The notes: generated by a model not told the origin, from the sequence alone. A stretch of DNA of 59,066 nucleotides, filler included, from Fonticula-like sp. SCN 57-25 (GCA_001724245.1; 4 parts of 4 records of this genome joined end to end with filler, not necessarily neighbours in it), one strand, 5' to 3'; counted from the first letter of the whole stretch, positions 25,083 to 37,375 are shown. Translations and numbers: made by a program.

Positions 25083-25788
25083 TTAGTCATCAGAGTTGCG
25101 TTTCCGCTTCTCCTTCTTGTGACCACCGTGGCCCGCGTCCACCTGCGCCTTGATCTTCTCCTTCCTCAACGCGCGGTTCTTGCGCATCTGCTTGGGCTTC
25201 TCGGCCCTGTCAGACTGCATCTCGTTGCGGCGCGTGGCCTTGTACCTCGACACATACATGGGGCGCTCGGTCAGGGTGTGACCGTTCAGCGTGAGCGCCT
25301 TGGGCACCCAGTCCGACGTGGTGAACTCGATGTAGCCGTAGCCACCGGGGCGGCCGCTGTTGTTGCGCGGGAGCAGCACAGTCGCGACGTCGCCCGCCTC
25401 CTTTTGAAAGTGCTCGCGAAGCTGCTCTTCGGTGACATCAAAGCTCAGGTTACCCACATAGACGGTCTGCGCAGGCTTGAGGGCATCCAGCTCTGCAGCA
25501 GCATCGCATAAGCAAACAAAGCACGAAAGGGACAAGTGCACACGTACGGGCATTCAACAGGGCCTTGCGATCGGCGATCTTTTTGGCAGCCTCCTCACGC
25601 GACGTGCGCGCATCGGCCTTGTCCTCCTTGGCAGCAGCATCCTTACCCTTTGACTTTTTCTTCTTGTCCTGCTGCGGTTCTTCCGCCTCCTGCTTGCGCT
25701 GCTTCTTGGTCTGGCGAACGGGAGCTTGCTCCTCGTCGCCCGATCCCTCGCTGTCACTCAGTCCCAGGAACGTGTACAGATCCCCCAT
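25083..25788 (-). CDS. Single-RRM RNA-binding protein, K/E-rich, probably nucleolar
   Basis: RNP2 TVYVGNL and RNP1 GGYGYIEF, with basic low-complexity flanks. One intron. Confidence 0.85.
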
Positions 25789-25939
25789 CGCCACGCGCTT
25801 CGTTCGATGATTGCTTTGTGAACCACGTGGACATGATTCGTTGTCGAGGAGTGCACCAATGTATTAGGCCAGTATACAGGAAACATACATACGTAGTTGT
25901 ACAGGTCAGTAAAGCACATAATATACACAAATAAACATG

Positions 25940-28914
25940 TCAAAACCCTCTTTTCCGCTTTGCCGGCGGCGTCCCCGGCGCGCCAAATGGCCTTGACAAC
26001 GACGTCTGGCTTGCGTACTGGCTCAGCGGCTGGCTCAGCGTAGGGAGAGAAGCGCTGGACTGCGACGAGAACAGCGGCTGCGAGAGCTGCGAGGGAGCAA
26101 CTGGCACCGTCTGTGACACTGACGGCCCTTGTGAGAGCGTCGGCGTTTGCACCCGGATGTCCTGCGACACGGCAGGCGTCGCCTGGGACGACCACGGGAC
26201 CACAGGTGTCGGCTGACTCATGGTCGAGCGCTGTGAAAAGCCAATGGATGGGCGCTGCGAAAAGCCAAGTGATCCGTGTTGCGACCGCTGCGACTGTGAG
26301 AATGGCGGCCGCGCCAGCGAGCTTCGCTGTGCGACGCGGACCATCGGCGTCCGACCCGAGAGTGATGTCGCCTGCTGCGAAAAGGAGAGCGTTGCGGCGA
26401 GCTCGCTATCCGTGTCCTCTGTCTCTGTGTCGTTGGACATTGCGCTGCCCTGGTCCCACGCGGCGCGCAGCTTCTCCGTGAGCGGCGTGTCGCTGCCCGT
26501 GCGAGACAGGCGGAGGCGGTCGAGTGCGTCGCTCGAACGCAGCACGCGGCCGCTTGCACGTAATTTCCCGCCAAACGAGCGGTCCATGAACGCCTGGTTC
26601 TGTGGCGTTGTGGCAAGCGGCGGCCTTTCAGCACGAAAAAGGAAAAGAGAAACAAAAACGTCAGTTTGATGTAAAAAGTGTGCTCAGAAGGGCCTCGTAC
26701 GCTAGTAAGCTTGCTGCCGCGTCGTAGAGGGCGAGGTCACCACGTGTGATCGCCTCGTGGATGGCCAGCCGCGCGCTGTGCGGCGGCGACGAGTCGCCGT
26801 GGCGGCATCGCTCGCTCAACATCGCCTCGGCCTCCAGCACTGTGATGGGGAACTCTGTCTCCTGGCGCGCAAAGAACGTGTCGTCCACGATGATGCAGTC
26901 GCATGCAACAGCGTCACCGTCGTCCACTGCGGGAGCAGATGCGTCGCCAGTGGTGCCATAATTGACAAAATCCCTCACCATGTCTGCAATCAACAACGGT
27001 GAGAAAAGAGGGCTGCTATTTTGTAGCCAAGCGTACGCGCGCAGACACGCCGCATGTCGACCGTGCGAAAAGGGATGAGGTCAGCGCGGGGCCGCGGGCT
27101 GAGCGGTTTTAGCAGGAATGTCGTGTCGTCCGCATCGTCATCCGCGTGTGCTTGCGGCGGCGGTGGTGGTAGCTGTGTGGCTAGCATCTCCGCGTCCTGG
27201 GTGGAGAGGGACGCATCGGGGACGTCGGCCTCGTGACGCACTATAGCGCGGCCCTCGATGCTGGAATCGCCCAACAAACATTAGCGACAAATCTAGTGCG
27301 CATCGCGGCGTACCCTCCCGTGTGCTGGAGGTACATGAGCATTCCGTCGGTGACGCACACGCCGCGCAACATGTGCCGCTGCGAGTCGCGCGTGCTAAAG
27401 ACCGGCCCGCGCCACTCTACCGGCGCCGCCCCCGGCGACGCGCCAATGACAGTCCGCCCGGTGTCGCTGCCGACCGAGTATACAATGGTCTCTGCCGCGT
27501 GCGGGCTCCATGTCACAATCGGGACTTTTTCAAGGTGCTGCTGTTAGCCTTCAACACGCACAAAATGAGCAAGAAAGATTGCGTACACGAAGATGTGCTC
27601 GCCGTTGGGTCGTCAAATACGTCTGTCTCTGGGATCTGCACGACTGTGGCGCGCCCCGTCGGAAGCATGTTGACCCACTCAAGGAGCGGCCGCCGCGCGT
27701 ACCGTGCGTCAAAGAGGCTGATCGCCGATGCTGAAGCTGTGACAAACTCAAAGCGACGCGTCGGAGCGGCGCGCACGGACGTGACCGTGTCGGCGTGCGC
27801 AAACACGGGCCCCGACGCGGTGTCGGGCGGCGCACGAACGTCGACTGAGACGAGCGATGTGTCGAGGCCGCATAGCACGACGCGTGGGTGCCACGAGTAG
27901 TCGCACGCGCCGCCGACGACGACGGCCGTGTTAGCAGGGTCCACGAGCCGCCGGTGCTCGACAATCGCGTGCGTCGATTCGCGCTCGGTGACGCGCGTGA
28001 GCGTCCCGCCGGCGCACAGCACGGCGACCTCGTCGCTCAAAAAGGGATTCAGCGCGAAATCAACAATTTCTCGGTCAAACACGACCGATCGATGGCCGCC
28101 GCGGCCGCGCACGGGCGGCAAAGATTGCTGCAAAAGTGACGATGGGCCTTCTCCCGCGCTCGCAGCGCCCGCAGCGGTGTCGCTGAAATCGGTCGTCATG
28201 GCCAGGCGGTCATCGAGGGACGGGGCGGACGCGTCCATAAAGGCGAGGCGGCTCGGCTGGCGCAGGACGAGCTGGCGACGGTCCGGCCGACGCGCGTCAA
28301 CGGAGAGCTGGCGCACGGGGGACCAGCAAGGGATTTCGACGTCGGTCGAAAGATGAGGGCGGCCTCCCTCGCCCCGTTGAAGAGTGTACCCGCCTATAAA
28401 GACAAAAGGGTTAGCGCGGCAAAGCGAGAAAAGAGGAAACTCGACCACAAAAGAGTCAAATGGTACGCACAGAGAAGAGGCTTGTCGATCCCCGACGCGG
28501 CAAATATCCTTGTCGTGCCGTCTTCAAGCGAAAGCAATGCCATGGCGCAGCCAAGGCTGCCTGCCCCAGAGGACGACACCGGTGTGGCCGTGGATGCCTC
28601 GCTGATCAGATCCCGGAGGAGATCCTCGGGGACGTAGAGGCCGGGGTACTTGCGGTCAAGATACGAGATCTGCTCCTCTACACTCGGAAGATTGAGACCT
28701 TCTGGCTCAGAGAGGTGAAGTGACGACAAGTGGCGGTCGGTCATGCTCCCAGAACGCGCGGCATCGACCGTGAACGGCGGCGTCGGGCCTACGCACACCA
28801 CACCTCGTTAGGAGGTCATCGATGGAAACCACAGAGCGAACCATATTTTCCGACGGCAAAAGCCCATTCACCACTCTCTATTAACGCTGCGGAAGACATT
28901 GTCCCTAGCGCCAT
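25940..28914 (-). CDS. RNA polymerase I initiation factor TAF1C/Rrn6-like
   Basis: Beta-propeller motifs EIVDFALNPFLSDEVAVL, CDYSWHPRVVL and ISLFDARYARRPLLEW; S/Q-rich tail ending KRKRGF*, like the basic ...GF ends of Rrn6 and TAF1C. Confidence 0.8.
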
Positions 28915-29142
28915 CGGCCCTATGGCGCGTGGAAGCGGGGCAGAGGCGAACGGCGCCCCGCGCACTCGCCGCCGCGCCATGTCACGCTCGGGGAGTGGGT
29001 TTCCCGCGTTTGATCACGTGATACCAAAATCGCATGCGGTTTATGCACGTGGCCGTTGAGTATTATTGTAACCGTCGCGGTTTTTTGAATCATCTTCCGG
29101 TGGTGACCCTTTCCGCGGCTGTCGGGCTCTTGATTAAGCGCC

Positions 29143-30113
29143 ATGAGTGCCAAGGCCGTCGTTGGCAAGCTGTGTGAGCTTGCTGCCAAGCCCGAAAACC
29201 GCTCCTTTATTGTCAAGAACCAGGGCTGTCTCCCTGGCCTTGTCCTCTTCCTCGACGATACCGATCCCCTAGTATCGCTTCTCGCGCTTCAGACGCTTGA
29301 CCTTCTTGCGCAGTGCGCCGACAACCGCCCCATCATGACAAAAGACACTGGCCTTCAGCTTGCCATTGCGCGCCTTTCCCAGAATGGGTCGGATGCGCAC
29401 ATGGCGCTGTGCGCCAAGCTGAAGCAGTCGATGCGCGGGCCCGTTCTCGCTGAGCGCAATGGCCTGCAGGCATTGGGCGGCATCGGCGGCATCTCGGCTG
29501 CCCCCGCTGACGGAAAGATGGGTCTTGGTGCGTTCTCGTCGGCGGCCCCAAAGCCGTCATTCATTGGCGCCGCGGCCAGCAAGTCGCGCACGATCGTGCT
29601 GAACATTGAGCACTACTCGGGCGCTGCTGTCCGCGGCATCGTCGAGGACGCGCTGCTCAAGATCCGCGGCGTTATTTCGTTCACATTTAATTCGGCGTCA
29701 AACAGGGTGACGCTTCGTGTAAAGCAGTACGTTTTAATTGTTGTTGCTGTGGACCGTTGCATTGCCAGTCGGCTCACATTATTTCTAGGGACCTGGCTGT
29801 GGACGCTGTCTTTGCCGCCATCCTTGCCTCCAACGACGACATTGACATCAAGCAGGTGGTCAAGCTTCCCGACGGCACCGAGCAGTTTATTGAGCCCAAC
29901 ATTTCGCGCGAGAACCAGCCGGCCGTGTCGGGCTACCTCGACGAGGACGACGAGTACGACGAGGACCAACTGAAGCGGACCGCCATCTCCCACAAGAACT
30001 CTGGCCGCGCCAGGCGACAGCGCACGGATAGCTACGGGGAGGAGGAGAGCTCCGCTTCGGGAGGCTGGCTGGGCTCGTTTGGCTCGTACATTTCGAAATC
30101 AATTTGGGGGTGA
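29143..30113 (+). CDS. ARMC1: Armadillo repeat-containing protein 1
   Basis: ELAAKPENRSFIVKNQGCLPGLVLFLD, HMA-like EDALLKIRGVISFTF, YLDED and amphipathic end GWLGSFGSYISKSIWG. One intron. Confidence 0.9.
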
Positions 30114-30305
30114 GCGGTCGGCCGCTGCCCGCCATCATGAATCCTCCTTATTTGACCTGTACATATTCCCTTACTTACAAAGCCACCTCAGTTTAATATG
30201 AAATGACCTCCCTTTACGCAAATGTGACCATCGTCCTATGAAAGCCATTTATATGTCGTATAGTACAGCCGGAAATGAACAGAATAGCAACAACAAACCG
30301 ATGAA

Positions 30306-31210
30306 CTAAAGCTCTGCGTCCTTCCTCCGCTCGCTGCGCGTGGACGCGTTCCTCTGCTTCTTGTTGCTGCCGTTCCTGTGGCCCTGCGGCTTGCCCAGTC
30401 CCTTCTTGACGCGGCGGCGAACCTCCTCGGCATCCATCGTCTCGTTGTGCGCGCGGCTCAGGCCGGCGGCACGCTTCGCCTGGGCATCAAGCAGCTGCAA
30501 CTAAAGTAAGCAGGACATAATCGGATAATAAAGCGCGTACAGATGAAGGAATCTGCGAGTGCGACTGGGCGCTTCGCGACGCGCGGTAGCTCTTGTTCTC
30601 GTTCCTTTCAATTTCCTCCTCGTCGCTGTCTTCATCGCTGTCCTCCTCGTCGTCGTCGTCGCTGCCGGCTTCGCCCTCGTCGATGCGGACGGCCTTGACC
30701 CTGCCGCTCTCGGGGCTCGCGGGGCGGCTGTGCTCATCCTGCGGCTCCGGCACGGGCTCCTTGAGCGATTCGCGCACGCTGTCGGCCGTCTTTTGTTCCG
30801 AAATTGCCGCCTCGACATCGACGCTCTGCTGCAGGTCGACCTTTGCAAGCACACCGGCGAGGTCGCTCACTTCGCTCGTCCGTGAGGAGGAGGCGCCGTC
30901 GCCGAGGGCAGAGCGCAAGGTCGCCTTCCATGACGACTCGCCGCCATTTGTGTCGTCTTGTTCTTCCTCCTCGTCATCGTCGTCGTCCATATCCTCATCC
31001 TCATCCTCATCCTCGTCGTCATCGTCATCAACCATGTCGTCCTCGCCCTCCTTGCGGTTCGACTCGAACACGTCATCGAGCTCCTCCAGATCTTTGCGGG
31101 TGAAGCCCGAAGCCGCCACGGCGACGTCGAGGTTGAACTCGCGCGAAACGTCCTTTGTAAAGCGCGGATAAAAAGCGCTCTCGTACTGGAAGCGCTTCTT
31201 GAAAAAGGCG
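30306..31210 (-). CDS. RIOK2: RIO2 kinase, C-terminal part (5' end lost at the gap)
   Basis: FFKKRFQYESAFYPRFTKDVSREFNLDVAVAASGF followed by an acidic tract and EEVRRRVKK, typical of Rio2 C-termini. Confidence 0.85.
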
Positions 31211-31310
31211 NNNNNNNNNNNNNNNNNNNNNNNNNNNNNNNNNNNNNNNNNNNNTTAATTAATTAANNNNNNNNNNNNNNNNNNNNNNNNNNNNNNNNNN
31301 NNNNNNNNNN
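31211..31310. other. Assembly linker (N44-TTAATTAATTAA-N44)
   Basis: Same spacer as at 17219; unrelated truncated genes lie on each side. Confidence 0.95.
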
Positions 31311-32219
31311 CACGTGGGCGAGGCACGCGTCGAGGTCGCGCTCGGGGTCGGCGCGGGGTAGCGCGTCAGCGGCCGCGCGCGCCGACGCCCGCAGCGACGC
31401 TGTCGTCCACGGTGTTACAGCCACGTGACGAAGTGCAATGCATCGAAGCGTGATTACGTGGTGGTGCTCCAGGTCGGCTGCGCGATCGGCGAGGGCGCGA
31501 AGGAGCTCCACAGCGGACTCGAGTGTGGCCGCGTCGGCGCCGCCATCCAGCGCGCCGCGGCCGACGCCACAGTAAAAATCCAGAATGGAGGCGCACGTCA
31601 AATAGCACACAACCGCAGAGAGACGCCCGCGGGAGATGGCCGCGGCGCACAGGGAGAGCGCGAGCGGCGCGTCCTGATTGGCCGCAAGCGACAGAGCGGC
31701 GAGAATGGCCGAGGAAATCGACGCATCGCAGCCGCTGCAGAGTCGCGCGACAAACTGCAAAGCGGCAGCGCGGTGGCGCTGCATGCCGGAAAACATCGCC
31801 GAGATCAGCCCGGCAATGTCCAGCGCATCATCGTCGTTGGCATACAGCGCGACATCGCAGATGGACGTCCAGCCGTCCGGGGATACCGCGGCGCCGGACG
31901 CGACCATCCGCTCAAGAAGACCGCGGAGGTCATCTCGGCCGGCCGCGCGCGCCGCCGCTGCCGATACAGAGGAAGAAGTACACGTCACGGCCACGTGTAT
32001 AAGTGCAGTGCGAAGCAGGTCGGTCGGTTCGCGGCCTGTGCTGTGCGACACCAGTGCTTCAAGCGCGTCAGCGCCTTGGTCGCCATCCGACTCACGCCAA
32101 AGCGCGCCCACAAGAGTGCTCGTGGGAATGTCCGCGGAGGCAAGGCCGCGCCATGCAGTGGCGCGCGCGGCGGCCTGCTTGCCGTGCATCGCCGCCGACA
32201 GCATCGCCGCCGTCTCCAT
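31311..32219 (-). CDS. Hypothetical helical (ARM/HEAT-like) protein, 3' end lost at the gap
   Basis: About 300 open codons from METAAML; Ala/Leu-rich amphipathic helices. No family recognised. Confidence 0.55.
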
Positions 32220-32241
32220 CCTAGTGCGTGCGCCTAGCAAG

Positions 32242-32262
32242 ATCACGTGACAATCACGTGAC
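32242..32262. promoter_or_regulatory. Tandem E-boxes ATCACGTGAC x2 (11-bp period) in a bidirectional promoter
   Basis: Sequence gATCACGTGACaATCACGTGACc lies between the divergent starts at 32219 and 32369. Confidence 0.6.
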
Positions 32263-32368
32263 CCAGGGGAGCGTCGGGAGTCTTTGCGGGCTTTGCGACT
32301 GCCGAGCGACTTTCTTCCTCCTTGCTGACTTCTGCGTGCAGTTGCGTCGCTTCTCGGTCCTTCGTACC

Positions 32369-33265
32369 ATGTCATTACGCGACAAGCTATTGGCCGGGGA
32401 CGGCGATCCGGGCGAGCTGTCGGTTCTTCGCGCGTCGCTTCATCGTCTTGATATGTGCCTGGCCGCCGGCGCGCTGCACGCTATGACGGCGGATGATGTT
32501 GGCCTATGGATGCACGATCTTGGCTTTGGGCAGCTAGAGTTTCGCGTTCGCGAGTTTGGCGCGAGTGGCCTTATTTTGATGCATCTTGTTGCGGACGATC
32601 TCGCCGAAGTGATTGGCAGTTTTTCGATTGCGTCTCGCATTCTTGCACACGCGTACATGTGCCGCTGGCATCTCGGGCCGGCGCCGTCCTTTGCGCTACC
32701 GACGCGCGGGGTGCTTGCCTGGACATCGCATGACGTGGATGTTTGGCTGACGGCGAACGGCTTTGGCTCGCTCGTAGGCCGCGGTTGGGACGGTCCGTGC
32801 GTGGCGTCGCTGTCGGTGGCGCGCATCAGGACGGGGTCGGCCATCTCGCTGAACGACGCCGCCCGGCTCCTCGCCGCCGTCAAGGCAGAGAAGGAGCGGC
32901 AGGTCATCACCGAAGGAGCACCGACGTGGACAATTTTGTGGTCGGGCCGGATCGCGCTGTACATGCTGACACCAACGCGTGACTATGACGGCGAGATCGA
33001 GCGCATCCGCAAAACCATGGCCGTTGTCGAGCGCGAGCGCGGAAGGCCGCCGGAGGACGCCGTGTGCCCGCTCACGCGCGTTGCAATGGAGGACCCCGTT
33101 ATTGCGCAGGACGGCTGCACGTACGAGCGCGTCGCACTCGAGAGGTTCCTCGCCATCGGCAACCGGGACTCGCCAGAGACGGGAGAGAGCTTCCGGGGAA
33201 GCTCTATCGGGCAGCAGAATCTCGCCGTGAAGCGCATGGTGGAGGACTGGAAGTCAGGAAAGTGA
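32369..33265 (+). CDS. Intronless SAM-SAM-U-box protein (putative E3 ligase)
   Basis: Two SAM-like segments (MTADDVGLWMHDLGFG...GLILMHL...DL; WTSHDVDVWLTANGFG...WDG) and a U-box (AVCPLTRVAMEDPVIAQDGCTYERVALERFL...SPETGE...NLAVKRMVEDW). Confidence 0.8.
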   Translation: MSLRDKLLAGDGDPGELSVLRASLHRLDMCLAAGALHAMTADDVGLWMHDLGFGQLEFRVREFGASGLILMHLVADDLAEVIGSFSIASRILAHAYMCRWHLGPAPSFALPTRGVLAWTSHDVDVWLTANGFGSLVGRGWDGPCVASLSVARIRTGSAISLNDAARLLAAVKAEKERQVITEGAPTWTILWSGRIALYMLTPTRDYDGEIERIRKTMAVVERERGRPPEDAVCPLTRVAMEDPVIAQDGCTYERVALERFLAIGNRDSPETGESFRGSSIGQQNLAVKRMVEDWKSGK

Positions 33266-33710
33266 AGAGTGAAGGCAGGTCAGCGATAGAGAGGGGAGGT
33301 GAAAGAGGGCGACGTGCGCCGAATTCGGCTGGCCATCAAGTGTATAGTTGTTTCTTTCGTCGTTTCCTAGTGAGCAATACAGGGTGTACGGATACTGCAG
33401 TGTAGTACTATTTGTTTTTCGTTTTGTACGGCGCTTTTGATTGTCACTGCGTAATAAACGTGTACCGGGGTAGCGACCACTTTGTTGGTTGTCAAGGCGC
33501 CAAAATGCCAAACAACGCAAAAACCGATCGCAATTACGGCCACGTGGCGATAGTTACGTAAGCACTCGCGTCGGGTGACCGACAGCGTGCGTACCACGCC
33601 CACGCGAGATCGCGCGCGTTTTGTGACTGTTTCGCAAGAGTCCAGTCACACAGCATTCTCCTTTCAACGTGGATAAAGTGAGCGAGTCCTATCCTCTGGT
33701 TGAGATCGCG

Positions 33711-35759
33711 ATGGCGTCGACCGACTGGTGGTTTGAAGGCCGCTCATCTGTGGTGGGTGGCGGCGATGCCGAGACGGTCCCCGCCTACACAACGGTGTCC
33801 CTCGGTGCGAATCGGGAGCACCGGCACGGCGGCCGAGGGCGCGGAGGCTCTCTTCAAGCGGATCGGCCGACCGGCCGGAAACACGGCGGCGGGAAACACC
33901 AGGGCGATCGGCACAACCGCGGTGGCAAGCACGCCGCGCCTTCTCCACCGCCATCATCGGCCGCCCAGCGCGGCGGTAAGCGCGGCGGTTCTTCATCGCG
34001 CGGCGGCGGCCGGGGCGCCTCCTCGCATCATGTTCATCACTTTCGGTCTTCTTCTGGCGCCTCGTCCGGGGCGGCAAACTTTATCAGCCTGAGCGGAGGG
34101 GGTGGCGGCCGAAAGCGCAAGAACGACAGCGGGCGCATGTACCAGTCTACGCCGCCGCCGCCGCCGAGCGTCGCGCCGCGCTATGCGTCGCCTCTCTTCC
34201 GCGGTGTGGATGGCCTGAGTGATTCGAGCGAGACTGATGAGACGGACGAGGCGGAAGCGCTTGCCGACTACCTCGCCAACCTAGAGAGCCAGGGCGAGTC
34301 GATCGCAATCGACCCGGAGGCCGCGGCGTCAGCAGTGGTCGGCGAGGAGCGCGCCCTCGACCGCGTGACCTTCTTTGACGACCTTTTGCCCAGCAGCGGC
34401 AGCGGCAGCGACAGCGAGAGCGCGTCAGACGGCGACGACGAGCTCGCAACCGACTCGGTGAGCGTCAACAGCACGCCGATGCGGTCGCCGTTTATGCGGC
34501 CGCACTCGGCGACGGACGAGGGAGGGCTCGGAGACGACGACAGCAGCGACAGCGACGACGAGATGGCGAGCGACGACGACGACTTTGAAGATGACGACGA
34601 TGATGACGACGACTCGGACGATTCTTTGCTGTCGTCGGACGGGGACGACTCGGACGACGAGGCCGACTCGGACGACGAGATTGCGGCGCACTTTGCGGCG
34701 TACCTGAACGATATGAGCGACGATGGTGGCAGCCGGCGCCCGCCGGGGGTGGTGGACGACGCCAATAGCCAGTACCGCCGGGCGGTCGAGCGCGTCATGC
34801 TCGGCGGGAGCCGCGGGCGGCGCAACGAAGCAGACGAAAAGGCCATCTTTAGAGCCGTCAAGACGGGCGACTTTGGTGCGCTCCCGAGTAAGAACAGGCA
34901 CAGGCGAAAGGACGACGACGATAGCGACCAGGATGGCGGCCGCTCGTACAAGAAGATGAGCAAGAAGGAGAGGAAGAGGATGCAGAGGGCAGAGGCGGCG
35001 GCAAAGAAGCAGCACAAGCAGCCGAGGTTAAAGTCGAAAAAGAGGCGCGCCGACGACGACGAGGCCGCACTCGCGGCGGCAAACATCAACCGGTCGCTAA
35101 ACTACTTTGTCACCGACAACGGCATCGAGCAGTGCGTTTTTTATTTATTGTTGCATTGCTTTTGGTTGCCATTTTGGCGTTTTTTTGTGCCACTCGAGTT
35201 TTTTTTGTGCCGTTTTTTCCATTTCACTTATCATTCCCTATTCGTTTCCAGCATTTCATTGTCGCATTCGCATTCGCAGCGCTGCTTCCGGACGGAAGTG
35301 TCCACGCTGTGCGAGCTGTACGGCCTTTCCGCGCAGACGACCGGCGGCGGCAAGCGTCGTCTCATAACGATCTCGCGGACGCACTCGACCTGCATGCCGC
35401 CGCCCGCCGAGGTCGACCGCGTGCTCGCCTTCCTGGGCTCGTCGAACGATCTCGAGTCGCCCGCGCCGCGGACACCCAGCATCAGCCGCACGCACTCGTC
35501 GCACTCGAGGCGAGGCACGCCATCGTCGTCGGGCAGCGGCGGCAGCGGGCGGCCGCACAAGACGCGCGACGGCTCGTACAGCGTTGGCGCGGTCGTCGGC
35601 GCCGCTGCGCCCATGATTGACGAGGAGAACGTCGGTAACCGCATGCTGAGGATGATGGGGTGGAGCCCGGGCGACGGTCTCGGCGCGAGGAGCCATGGCA
35701 TCGTCGAGCCGGTCAGCGCCGTCGTCAGAGGAAAGCGCACGGGCCTCGGCCTTTCGTGA
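33711..35759 (+). CDS. Sqs1/Pfa1-like R3H + G-patch protein (RNA helicase cofactor)
   Basis: Acidic/Gly-rich N-terminus, R3H-like FRTEVSTLCELYGLSAQTTGGGKRRLITISRT, C-terminal G-patch IDEENVGNRMLRMMGWSPGDGLGARSHGIVEPV...RTGLG. One T-rich in-frame intron at ~35133-35252. Confidence 0.8.
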   Translation: MASTDWWFEGRSSVVGGGDAETVPAYTTVSLGANREHRHGGRGRGGSLQADRPTGRKHGGGKHQGDRHNRGGKHAAPSPPPSSAAQRGGKRGGSSSRGGGRGASSHHVHHFRSSSGASSGAANFISLSGGGGGRKRKNDSGRMYQSTPPPPPSVAPRYASPLFRGVDGLSDSSETDETDEAEALADYLANLESQGESIAIDPEAAASAVVGEERALDRVTFFDDLLPSSGSGSDSESASDGDDELATDSVSVNSTPMRSPFMRPHSATDEGGLGDDDSSDSDDEMASDDDDFEDDDDDDDDSDDSLLSSDGDDSDDEADSDDEIAAHFAAYLNDMSDDGGSRRPPGVVDDANSQYRRAVERVMLGGSRGRRNEADEKAIFRAVKTGDFGALPSKNRHRRKDDDDSDQDGGRSYKKMSKKERKRMQRAEAAAKKQHKQPRLKSKKRRADDDEAALAAANINRSLNYFVTDNGIEQCVFYLLLHCFWLPFWRFFVPLEFFLCRFFHFTYHSLFVSSISLSHSHSQRCFRTEVSTLCELYGLSAQTTGGGKRRLITISRTHSTCMPPPAEVDRVLAFLGSSNDLESPAPRTPSISRTHSSHSRRGTPSSSGSGGSGRPHKTRDGSYSVGAVVGAAAPMIDEENVGNRMLRMMGWSPGDGLGARSHGIVEPVSAVVRGKRTGLGLS

Positions 35760-35988
35760 GCCGGCTTATTGGTCTATCTGCTTCGGTCTCATATGGTCTC
35801 ATGCCGTGATTCATGTGTGATTCTACAGTGAATGTACATACATTTCGATGCGCTACTGTTTTTGTAATCAATCAATGTATTTACGTCGCCGAGCCAAGAG
35901 CTGCATGAGAAACTCGGGACAACCAAAAAAGAAAGAAAATCAAGCATATTACAGTCAATTAAAATAATGGGCGCGGCGGCCGCGGCGC

Positions 35989-37113
35989 TTATGCCTTGAT
36001 CACCATGTCGGGCCCTAACAACTTTTTGGCCACGTATTCGTTGATCAGGCTGGCCATCGGCGCCAGCTCTTTCCTTTCAATGAGGTCGTGCTCCAGGGCA
36101 AAGCAGATAAAGTGCACAAAGAGCGTATTCAAGTGGGCTTCCAGTTGAAGCGCGATGATCCGCTCAAAGTGGGAGTGATAAATGTGGGCGAGGACGCGGA
36201 ACATGCGCTTGAAGGCGACCTTGATCGCGGCCACAGAGTCCTTCGGGAAAGGCTGGCCGTTCCGCGTCGGAAACATCGCCTCGTCGTACAATTGCGCATT
36301 CAGCCACGTCATTACGTAGTCAATGTACTGCGAGGCAGACACGCGCTGCGCCTTGCGGTCCTGGTCGGTCCACAAATATTCAAAACTGAAACATTCCAGA
36401 TGAGCAAAGTTGCAAATACAAAAGAGCGTAGGTATGCGCCACGCGTACCATTCACCAGCCGTCATGCTCGGGCATTCGCGCGGCGTGCAAAACTCGGACA
36501 CTGTCCCAGAAAAAAGGTTGACGTGATTGAAAAAGTCGAAAGCTACAGCCAACACGTCAGCAAAACAGGCAAAAGAAACATGTAGAAAATACAAAGGCCC
36601 ATTAAAAAAGAAGGTTTTGCCCTACCACTCCTCCTCTCTTGCTCCCGCCCCATTCCCAGTCAAGTTAATCCCACAGGCGTACTGAACGATGCAAGCCATT
36701 CATGGTTGTCCATGAACTTGGGCTGCTGGACGATGCGCCTCACGTCACCCGTGAGCAGCACTGAAGAGACATAGGGCTCTGACATGAACAGCGGCCCCGT
36801 AGTAGGCTTGGCGATGGCCTTGCGGGTCTTGACGGTGTCCTGCTTCTTTCTGCGACCAAGGCTTAGCATGGGCATCCGGCGGCACACGAGAGGCAACAAC
36901 GCGAAAATGCCGTTCGATTGAAAGCGACCCATCAACGCCAAAAAACAAAGTAAATTAAACAATTAAAGCGGCCTCACACGCACGCGCACACACGAACGCA
37001 CGCACACAGGCACACACATTAAAGAAAAACAGCAGGCGGGTCGCGACACCCCACAAGGGAATCAAAATAACGGGGCAAAGGGGGTCGTACTTCATCCCGA
37101 GGAGGCTTGCCAT
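35989..37113 (-). CDS. MOB2: MOB2 kinase activator, fungal-type
   Basis: Spliced product MASLLGMNLGRRKK...PLFMSEPYV...GDVRRIVQQPKFMDNHEWLA...FCTPRECPSMTAG...ASQYIDYVMTW...FRVLAHIYHSHF. The first exon (37091-37113) is inferred across a ~227-nt intron with an AAG acceptor. Confidence 0.9.
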
Positions 37114-37375
37114 CCTATTACGCTACTGGCCTTTTTCACGATAAATGCGACGCTCCCAATGTCGTCTGCTCTTCCAAAAAACGCAAGCTGTGCTCTAAAT
37201 CCACAGACGTTCCGCCGATTGCGACACGGCTGATTCCAAGTCTCTCAGCTGCGTCTCAAAATATGCGTCGAATTTGCTAAACTGCAACAGCCAATCAAAT
37301 CATCCGAGACAAATTTACAAATCGACAGTTCAGCAGGAATCGATCCACTACCGCGTGCCAAAGCAGCAAAAAAGG

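Noticed and set aside
36974-37018. CA-rich run as a mobile element or ncRNA
   Set aside because: It is a degenerate microsatellite inside the first MOB2 intron.
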